Below, piece after piece: positions 9,201 through 15,588 of a stretch of 61,035 bases of DNA (its first letter is position 1; each line of letters begins with the position of its first letter). The DNA is taken from NCBI GenBank assembly GCA_902802805.1, contig CADCNE010000004.1, positions 1 through 61,035 on the forward strand. Reading direction: 5' to 3'. This stretch comes from an uncultured Eubacteriales bacterium. GTDB taxonomy: Bacteria > Bacillota > Clostridia > Christensenellales > CAG-138. The notes below the pieces were generated by a model. The model did not search any database and had not been told where the DNA came from. It saw nothing but the letters and a program-made list of their open reading frames with translations. Position numbers and translations under genes: made by a program.

Positions 9201-10226
9201 ATGAAGCAGGCAGGCAGCGCCACGCTGCTCTTTGAGCGTCGGCCCTATGTGCTCTCCGCCGCCAGCGTGGCGGGGAAGGCCGAGGAGAAGGGGCCCTACG
9301 GCCACGTCTTCGACGAGATCATGGAGGACGACCGGCTGGGGGAAAAGACCTTTGAGCAGGGGGAGCGAAAGATGCTGTTGAAGGCCCTGCACAGGACTGT
9401 GGATCGGGTGAATCTGCCCATGGCGGAAGCGGGGTGCCTGCTGGCCGGGGATCTATTGAACCAGATCGTCACCGCCAGCTACGCCGCAAGGGAGCTCGAG
9501 ATCCCCTACCTGGGCCTGTACGGTGCCTGCTCCACGATGACGGAAGCGCTGCTCCTGGGCGCGGCGTTGGTGGACGGAGGCTACCGGGACCGAGCCCTGT
9601 GCGCCGCCTGCTCCCATTTCTCCACCGCCGAGCGTCAGTACCGCTTCCCCCTGGAGATGGGCACCACCGCCCCGCCTTCCGCCCAGCGGACCGTCACCGG
9701 CGCCGGGGCCGTGCTGCTGGGGGCTGCGCCCCTGCCTCAGGCGGGCTTTCACCATGTTCGGCTGGAAGCGGCCACCATGGGCCGGGTGAGGGATCTTGGG
9801 ATCACCGACGCCAACAACATGGGGGCGGCCATGGCCCCGGCCGCCTGCGACACCATCTTGCGGCACCTGAAGGACAGGGGCATGAGCGAGGGGGACTTCG
9901 ACTGGATCGTGACAGGGGACCTGGGGGACTTCGGCAGCCGGATGCTGCGGGAGCTGTGCTTGGAGGCGAGTCTCGATATGGAGGATCGGCATCTCGATTG
10001 CGGGTCCATGATCTACAGCCCCGAGCAGAACTATAACTGCCGGGGCTCCGGCTGCGGGTGCAGCGCGGTCATGCTGGCGGGCTACGTGCTGCCCCAGCTT
10101 GAAAAAGGAGCGGTGAAGCGGGTGCTGTTTCTGTCTACCGGCGCTCTGATGAGCCCTCTGTCCGCCTGTCAGGGGGAGAGCATCCCGGGCATCGCCCATG
10201 CGATATGTTTGGTGTATCAGGAGTAG
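9201..10226 (+). CDS. spoVAD: stage V sporulation protein AD
   Basis: 341 aa thiolase-fold-like protein with a SpoVAD-like N-terminus (LLFERRPYVLSAASVAGKAEEKGPYGHVFD). Confidence 0.9.
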   Translation: MKQAGSATLLFERRPYVLSAASVAGKAEEKGPYGHVFDEIMEDDRLGEKTFEQGERKMLLKALHRTVDRVNLPMAEAGCLLAGDLLNQIVTASYAARELEIPYLGLYGACSTMTEALLLGAALVDGGYRDRALCAACSHFSTAERQYRFPLEMGTTAPPSAQRTVTGAGAVLLGAAPLPQAGFHHVRLEAATMGRVRDLGITDANNMGAAMAPAACDTILRHLKDRGMSEGDFDWIVTGDLGDFGSRMLRELCLEASLDMEDRHLDCGSMIYSPEQNYNCRGSGCGCSAVMLAGYVLPQLEKGAVKRVLFLSTGALMSPLSACQGESIPGIAHAICLVYQE

Positions 10227-10230
10227 GGAT

Positions 10231-10596
10231 ATGGATTGGATGCTGTATGGAAAAACGTTTTTGGTAGGCGGGCTACTGTGCGCCCTGGGGCAGCTGGGGC
10301 TGTCTCTGACCCGGCTCACCACCGCCCGGATACTGGTGGTCTACGTGACCGCCGGGGTGGTCCTGGGGGGTCTTGGCCTCTACGGGCCTTTCGTCGATTG
10401 GGCCGGGGCGGGAGCCACGGTGCCCCTGACGGGCTTTGGATACGCGCTTAGCCAGGGGGCTAAAAAGGCCGTCGGCGAGCAGGGCCTGCTGGGGGCCTTC
10501 ACCGGCGGCATCACCGCCACCGCGGGCGGCATCGCCGCGGCCATCTTGTTTGGATATCTGTTCGCTTTGCTGGCAAAGCCCCAAACGAAGATATGA
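10231..10596 (+). CDS. spoVAE: stage V sporulation protein AE (SpoVAC/SpoVAEb family membrane protein)
   Basis: ORF trimmed to the ATG at 10231, just after the spoVAD stop. A small 4-TM protein: FLVGGLLCALGQ..VPLTGFGYALSQGAKKAV..GGITATAGGIAAAILFG. Confidence 0.85.
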   Translation: MDWMLYGKTFLVGGLLCALGQLGLSLTRLTTARILVVYVTAGVVLGGLGLYGPFVDWAGAGATVPLTGFGYALSQGAKKAVGEQGLLGAFTGGITATAGGIAAAILFGYLFALLAKPQTKI

Positions 10597-11334
10597 TCAG
10601 GCCCGACGGTAATACTCCGCCAGCGTCATGTCCGTGACCTCGGTGGGGGAAATGAACAGAAGGACTCGATCTGAACGGAAGCTGTAGAGGGCGCCGCGGC
10701 CTAGGATGAACTGGTCTACCACGCCGATGCCCACGGTCGAGGCCGCAGCCTCGATACACCGGGCGGCGTTCACGTCCTCCTGAGAGGGGGTCGGGTCTCC
10801 CGAAGGGTGGTTGTGCGCGAGGGCGATGAAGCAGGCCTTGTGGACCAGGGCGGTCTCCAGGATAGGCCGCGGATCCGCCAGGACCTCCGTAAGGGAACCG
10901 GAAGAGACGACGCTCTCATAGATCAGCTCGTACTTTTTGTTCAGGCACACCAGCCGCAGCGTCTCGTACCTGTCGTGGAGGGAGAGGGTCAGCAAATAAC
11001 CGCCTAAGGCTGAAGGCGTAGCCAAAACAGGCCGTTTTTCAGAGGAGAATCGCTGCAGGAGCATCCGCCGATCCACTTCCCCCAAGAGGCTTAGAAACAC
11101 CGCCGCGGATTCGCCGACGCCTGAGACCTGCTGCAGCTGGTCCGGGCGGGCGGAAAGAACCTGCTCCAATGATCCGAACCGATCCAGCAACCGATGGGCC
11201 AGAGGGTTCACGTCCACCCGGGGCAGGGCGTAAGTGAGAAGCAATTCCAGGACCTGATGGTCCGCCATGCCCTCGATGCCGTTTTGCTGAAATGTCTCCC
11301 GGAGGCGGCTCCGGTGTCCCGCATGCTCGTTCAT
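10597..11334 (-). CDS. radC: RadC-family JAB/MPN domain protein
   Basis: ORF trimmed to MNEHAGHRSRLRE. Has HhH-like LQQVSGVGESAA and the JAB motif HNHPSGDPTPSQED. The start overlaps the upstream stop (ATGA). Confidence 0.88.
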   Translation of the reverse strand: MNEHAGHRSRLRETFQQNGIEGMADHQVLELLLTYALPRVDVNPLAHRLLDRFGSLEQVLSARPDQLQQVSGVGESAAVFLSLLGEVDRRMLLQRFSSEKRPVLATPSALGGYLLTLSLHDRYETLRLVCLNKKYELIYESVVSSGSLTEVLADPRPILETALVHKACFIALAHNHPSGDPTPSQEDVNAARCIEAAASTVGIGVVDQFILGRGALYSFRSDRVLLFISPTEVTDMTLAEYYRRA

Positions 11335-12125
11335 GCCAAGTTCTCCAAATCGTTTTGCAGCTTTACCACATATTCCACCGGGAACCCGTCCTCGCTGAGG
11401 GTCGCTTCCCCCGTGATGCCGTCGATGAGCCCCGACGGGGGGCAAAGCTCGTAGGCCGCCAGCAGCTCCGCCGACCCGGGGAGCTGTCCCAAGGCGGCAC
11501 AGAGGCCCAGAGCGCCCCAGTTGGATACGGTGGCGATGATCAATCTATCCGTCTTCACGGCGCAGGGGACCCGGCCCAGCCGTTCCGTGATATCCGCCGC
11601 CAGGTTCCCCATGCCGATCTCGTTTCCCCCGTCGCCGATGCCCACGGTGGGTGCGTCCGACAGAAGGAACAGGCTGTCCAGGGGGGCCATATGCGGGCCG
11701 ATGTCCCGGCCCCGGGAATTGATATACTGGCCGTCCGCCGTCCGGCCGCAGCGCTCCGTGGAGATAAGGCCCACCGGCTTCTCCCGATCCAGCAATGCGC
11801 GCAGGTCCTCCTCCCTCGCCTCAGGCCCGAAGGTCACGAAGGGCAAGCCCGATGTACGGAAGTAATCGGTGCAGAAGTGGTCCGTGACGACGAGGGGCGA
11901 GAAGCCCAGCCGAGTCAGGGCGTCGAAAAGGAGCCGGGTCCCCGGGGGACCGTCGGTCTCGCCCTTGCCGTCCACGTAGAAGCCGGTGATCAGCAGCACA
12001 CGGCCCCGGGGCCAGGACAGAACGAACCGCCCCGCGTCGGCGCAGAAATCCGCCGGCAGCAGGTCCGCCAGCATATCCATGCCCCGCCGGGAATGTCCGA
12101 GGATCAGTTGCTCCAACCGCCCCAT
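11331..12125 (-). CDS. DUF4392 domain protein (D-glutamate cyclase-like)
   Basis: ORF trimmed to MGRLEQLIL, which has a GGAAAGGA RBS. GETDGPPG and GIGDGGNEIGMGN motifs are typical of DUF4392. Confidence 0.7.
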   Translation of the reverse strand: MGRLEQLILGHSRRGMDMLADLLPADFCADAGRFVLSWPRGRVLLITGFYVDGKGETDGPPGTRLLFDALTRLGFSPLVVTDHFCTDYFRTSGLPFVTFGPEAREEDLRALLDREKPVGLISTERCGRTADGQYINSRGRDIGPHMAPLDSLFLLSDAPTVGIGDGGNEIGMGNLAADITERLGRVPCAVKTDRLIIATVSNWGALGLCAALGQLPGSAELLAAYELCPPSGLIDGITGEATLSEDGFPVEYVVKLQNDLENLA

Positions 12126-12126
12126 A

Positions 12127-13380
12127 TCAATCCTTTCCTTCGGCAGCCTTGCGCTGTCTTTCATAATATTGATAGAGCTCCTCCGTGGCCAGGGCGAACT
12201 TGGTCACGGCGAAGAGGCAGTCCTTGGGGTACACGTACAGGGTGTCCTTATCGGTGTTCAGGTCCACGCAGTCCCCGTACTTGCCCAGATACTCGTATTC
12301 GATGTGGACGGAATATTGGGAGGCGGCGGGGATGTGGACGTGGTAGTCCTCCCCTTCGTATGTCCCGTCCAGGGTGAAGCCGGTCATATCGTGGGTGAGG
12401 GTGGCCATGCCGAGATCCATATAGCCTTTGGCGTTGGGCAGGGCGTCCACCCGGGCCCGGCAGGTGAAGGCATAGGTGCCTTCTTCCACCTCCTTGCGGA
12501 CGTTTCCCCGCTCCCACTCGTACCAGTCGGGGATATGGGAAAACTCCGTCTCCCCCTCCAGGGCGTGGAGCTCGGAAAGCTCGTTCATCTCCCACTGTTT
12601 CCCGCAGCTCTCGCAGAAGAGACGGGTTCCCTTCGCGTTCATCCGGTACTCCGCGCCGCAGTGGGGGCACTGGTAGAGGACCTTCTGGAGCCCCTCGGCC
12701 CGGCCCTCGTAGGTGACGCGGATGCCCTTCTCCTTCTGCCAGGCGAAGTCGTCGTAGATGAACGCCTTCCGGATGGTTTCGTTGACCTGATCCACGGACG
12801 CCTTTTCCAGCTCATCCTTCGTGAACAGGCAGGTCATCTCCGCCTCGGTGGGTTTGACGCCCCTGTCGTGCAGGTTCCAGAAGGGGGAGTTTACGTGATG
12901 GCCGTGGCACATGAGCATCACCACCGGCACCTTCAAAAGCTTACAAAGCTTGCCCAGAGAATCCGGCAGCACAGCCGTGGTGCCGCAGAGGGAGTAGCGG
13001 GCCTCGGGATAGAGGACAGCGATGTCGCCCCGGTCCACCACCCGCTTAAGCTGGCGAATGAGGGTCAGGTCCCGGGTGAACTTGCGCTTGCAGATGCAGC
13101 CCACGAGCCGGAGGAGCCATTCCCGCTTCAAAAAGCCGTCGATGGCCACCACATAGTTGCCCCGATGGGGGAAGATGGCCCGGGTGGACACGGAGAAGTC
13201 CATGAAGGCGTTGTGGTTGCACAGCAACAGATAGGGGGGCTTCACGCCCTCCATGTCCATCTTCTTCAGCTTGTTTTTATGGGGGATCAGCGTTGCCGCC
13301 GCCAGCACCCAGGCTATCGGCAGCAGATGCTGCCGCAGGGGCGGCCGCTGCATGTCAAAGCGCTTTACATCATCCAGCAT
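12127..13380 (-). CDS. lysophospholipid/glycerol-phosphate acyltransferase family protein (PlsC-like) with a C-terminal zinc-ribbon region
   Basis: 417 aa. NHNAFMD (HX4D) acyltransferase motif and YPEARYS motif. CPHCG..CESCG zinc-ribbon-like pairs. Confidence 0.8.
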   Translation of the reverse strand: MLDDVKRFDMQRPPLRQHLLPIAWVLAAATLIPHKNKLKKMDMEGVKPPYLLLCNHNAFMDFSVSTRAIFPHRGNYVVAIDGFLKREWLLRLVGCICKRKFTRDLTLIRQLKRVVDRGDIAVLYPEARYSLCGTTAVLPDSLGKLCKLLKVPVVMLMCHGHHVNSPFWNLHDRGVKPTEAEMTCLFTKDELEKASVDQVNETIRKAFIYDDFAWQKEKGIRVTYEGRAEGLQKVLYQCPHCGAEYRMNAKGTRLFCESCGKQWEMNELSELHALEGETEFSHIPDWYEWERGNVRKEVEEGTYAFTCRARVDALPNAKGYMDLGMATLTHDMTGFTLDGTYEGEDYHVHIPAASQYSVHIEYEYLGKYGDCVDLNTDKDTLYVYPKDCLFAVTKFALATEELYQYYERQRKAAEGKD

Positions 13381-13530
13381 GGTCTTTCCCCCCCGCTTTT
13401 CGACATGTTTCCATATAAAAAAGTATAGCTGGCGTCCTGTTTCCTGTCAATGGTGGTGCGTCGCCGGTCCACTTCCCGCCGCCTATTTTTCGTCTCCGTA
13501 AAATATTTTATGTTTTTCGTAAAAAAGATG

Positions 13531-13559
13531 TTGACAAACGCAAAGGCAGGGTGTATACT
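13531..13559 (+). promoter_or_regulatory. SigA-type promoter of the DUF2975/HTH operon
   Basis: TTGACA (13531-13536), 17 nt spacer, TATACT (13554-13559). Confidence 0.7.
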
Positions 13560-13569
13560 GCGTCCAGAA

Positions 13570-13588
13570 GTTAACGATAGTCGTTAAC
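13570..13588. promoter_or_regulatory. perfect 8-bp inverted repeat between promoter and start codon; candidate operator of the HTH regulator
   Basis: gttaacga-tag-tcgttaac sits directly downstream of the -10 element. Confidence 0.5.
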
Positions 13589-13619
13589 AAATTTACGAAA
13601 ACGAACGGAGGAAACAAAC

Positions 13620-14306
13620 ATGGAAAACAACATTCAAACCAAGGTCAACAAGATCGGCAAGGCCGGCCGGGCCGTTTCGATCATCCTTATCATCCTGCTC
13701 TCCATCGGCGCCTTCGGGCTCCTGGTGGGCGGCGTGATCTGCGCAGCCCTCCCCAAGGACGCGGTCCAGGTGACCATCCAGCCCAACGTGGACGTGATGG
13801 TGGATAAGTCCCTGGCGGGCGAAGACTGGGCCAAAATCGATGAGCTGCTGACAGAGGCTCAGAACAAAGTGGGCGAGGAGTTCGTGGGCGTGGCCCTTGA
13901 TAAGACGGAGGAGGGGCTCATGGTCCATGTGTCCGATCTGGACGAGCTCAAGAACTTCGGCATCCGGGACGCCCTCAAGGCCATCTGCGCGGGGCTCATC
14001 GGCATCGCCAGCGCCATCGTCACCGTGGCCATGTTCCTGAAGCTCTGCGACGCCTTCAAGACCTGCCGCAGCCCTTTCGATGAGCCCGTCATCAAGCGGA
14101 TGAACATCTTCGCCTGGACGCTGATCGTCTGCGCCGTGGTGGGCGCCTTCGCCAAGGGCGCCGTGTCCGCCGCGCTCGCCGGCCTGGGCAAGATGAGCTT
14201 CGATCTGAGCCTGACCCCCATCTTCACCGCCCTCGTGGTGTTCTTCCTCTGCATGGTGTTCCGCTACGGCGCCCAGCTCCAGCAGGAAGCCGACGAGACT
14301 CTGTGA
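13620..14306 (+). CDS. DUF2975 domain membrane protein
   Basis: 228 aa with multiple TM segments. The C-terminal FRYGAQLQQEADETL is typical of DUF2975. Followed by a YozG-type HTH gene, which is the usual pairing. Confidence 0.85.
   Translation: MENNIQTKVNKIGKAGRAVSIILIILLSIGAFGLLVGGVICAALPKDAVQVTIQPNVDVMVDKSLAGEDWAKIDELLTEAQNKVGEEFVGVALDKTEEGLMVHVSDLDELKNFGIRDALKAICAGLIGIASAIVTVAMFLKLCDAFKTCRSPFDEPVIKRMNIFAWTLIVCAVVGAFAKGAVSAALAGLGKMSFDLSLTPIFTALVVFFLCMVFRYGAQLQQEADETL
13860..13895 (+). repeat. 36-nt exact repeat, copy 1 (inside the DUF2975 gene, in frame, encodes QNKVGEEFVGVA)
   Basis: cagaacaaagtgggcgaggagttcgtgggcgtggcc is identical to 14402..14437. Confidence 0.95.
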
Positions 14307-14314
14307 GGTGGCCC

Positions 14315-14563
14315 ATGGGAAAGATCATTCTCAGGCTCGATCGGGTCATGGCCGATAGGAAGATGAGCCTCATTGAGCTGTCGGAGAAGGTGGGCGTGGC
14401 CCAGAACAAAGTGGGCGAGGAGTTCGTGGGCGTGGCCAACGTGAACCTGTCCAAGCTGAAGAACGGCCACATCAGTGCCATCCGCTTCTCCACCCTCATC
14501 GCCATCTGCGAAGCGCTGCACTGTCAGCCAGGGGATATATTGGAGTATTCACCGGAGGAATAG
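14315..14563 (+). CDS. YozG/Xre-like helix-turn-helix transcriptional regulator carrying a 12-aa in-frame insertion in the HTH
   Basis: MGKIILRLDRVMADRKMSLIELSEKVGV[AQNKVGEEFVGV]ANVNLSKLKNGHISAIRFSTLIAICEALHCQPGDILEY. Without the bracketed segment it matches the short DUF2975-associated HTH proteins. Confidence 0.85.
   Translation: MGKIILRLDRVMADRKMSLIELSEKVGVAQNKVGEEFVGVANVNLSKLKNGHISAIRFSTLIAICEALHCQPGDILEYSPEE
14402..14437 (+). repeat. 36-nt exact repeat, copy 2 (inside the HTH gene, in frame), flanked by the 12-nt direct repeat gtgggcgtggcc
   Basis: Identical to 13860..13895. The 12-mer gtgggcgtggcc occurs at 14390-14401 and again at 14426-14437. Confidence 0.95.
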
Positions 14564-14581
14564 GAGTTTATTGAAAGCATC

Positions 14582-14722
14582 TGAACCTTTTCTTGAAAGA
14601 AAAGGTTCAACCAAAAGAACTTAAGAAGGAGGCAATGCTGTGCGCAATGCCTCCTTATTTTTCTTAAGCTTTTCTTTTTCCGCCGCTTTTTCTTTTCACT
14701 GAAAAGAAAAAGCGGCAAAACA
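14582..14722 (+). repeat. tripartite palindromic intergenic element, full-length copy (hairpins A, B, C)
   Basis: Hairpin A is tgaaccttttctt/aagaaaaggttca. A linker aaaagaacttaagaa follows. Hairpin B is ggaggcaatgc/gcaatgcctcc followed by a T-rich run. A second linker is ttcttaagcttttcttttt. Hairpin C is gccgctttttcttttc/gaaaagaaaaagcggc followed by aaaa. It lies between convergent genes. Confidence 0.85.
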
Positions 14723-14726
14723 AAAA

Positions 14727-15494
14727 CTAAATCCCAAACAGCCGTTTCCCATTCTCGAACAGCACGGGCGCTAACGTTTCCTGGTCCATGCTGCGGAGCT
14801 CGGCCAGCTTTTGGAGGACGTAGAGGGTCTTGGTGGGGTCGTTGCGCTGGCCTCGGCAGGGCACGGGGGCCATGTAGGGACAATCGGTCTCGACGACCAG
14901 GCGGTCCAGGGGGACCTTGGCGGCCACCTCCACGTTCCGCTTGGCGTTCTTGAAGGTCAACGCGCCGCCGAAGCCGATATAAAAGCCCATGTCGAGGCAC
15001 TCCTTGGCCGTTTCATAGCTGCCGGAGAAGCAGTGCATGACGCCGGTGACCTGGCCTTTGTGGGCCCTGAGGATGTCCACCGTGTCCCCGTGGGCCTCCC
15101 GATCGTGGATGATAACGGGCAGATGATGGACCGCCGCCAGGGAGAGCTGGGCGTCGAAAAACTCCCTTTGGACCTCCCGGGGCGGGTTCTCGGGCCAGTA
15201 GTAGTCGAGACCGATCTCCCCCACCGCCTTGATCTTCTCGTGAGCCAAGGCACTTTCTACGGCATCGAGATCGCTGAGCGCATAGGGCCCCAGCTCCTCC
15301 GGGTGCAGGCCCGCCGCCCCGTAGATCATGGGATGCCGCTCTATGAAGGGGATCAGCTTTTCAAGGTAGCCGAGGTCCGTGCAGGCCTCCATGACCAGCT
15401 TCACGTTATTATCAGCTAAAGAAGCTATCAGTTGTTCCCTGTCGCTGTCAAAGTGATCATCTAACAGGTGGGCGTGGGTGTCGAAGATGTCCAT
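14727..15494 (-). CDS. tatD: TatD family hydrolase
   Basis: ORF trimmed to MDIFDTHAHLLDDHF, which has an AGGAG RBS. TatD metal-binding motifs are present. Confidence 0.9.
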   Translation of the reverse strand: MDIFDTHAHLLDDHFDSDREQLIASLADNNVKLVMEACTDLGYLEKLIPFIERHPMIYGAAGLHPEELGPYALSDLDAVESALAHEKIKAVGEIGLDYYWPENPPREVQREFFDAQLSLAAVHHLPVIIHDREAHGDTVDILRAHKGQVTGVMHCFSGSYETAKECLDMGFYIGFGGALTFKNAKRNVEVAAKVPLDRLVVETDCPYMAPVPCRGQRNDPTKTLYVLQKLAELRSMDQETLAPVLFENGKRLFGI

Positions 15495-15543
15495 AGGGCT
15501 CCTTGTTCGTTCAGAGATCCCTCCCTTCGGTCGGGATGACAAA

Positions 15544-15573
15544 GGGAGACAAAGGGCGGGCCTGAGCCCGCCC
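15544..15573 (-). terminator. probable terminator downstream of metG
   Basis: gggcgggc-ctga-gcccgccc stem (15554-15573), followed on the minus strand by tttgtctcccttt. Confidence 0.5.
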
Positions 15574-15588
15574 GGTTTCGTTCAGTTG

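Noticed and set aside
13860-14437. Diversity-generating retroelement, retron or IS-mediated origin for the 36-nt duplicate
   Set aside because: No reverse transcriptase or transposase is nearby. The two copies are 100% identical, with no A-specific mutagenesis pattern. The element is too short to be an IS or MITE with terminal inverted repeats. Templated insertion by microhomology fits better.
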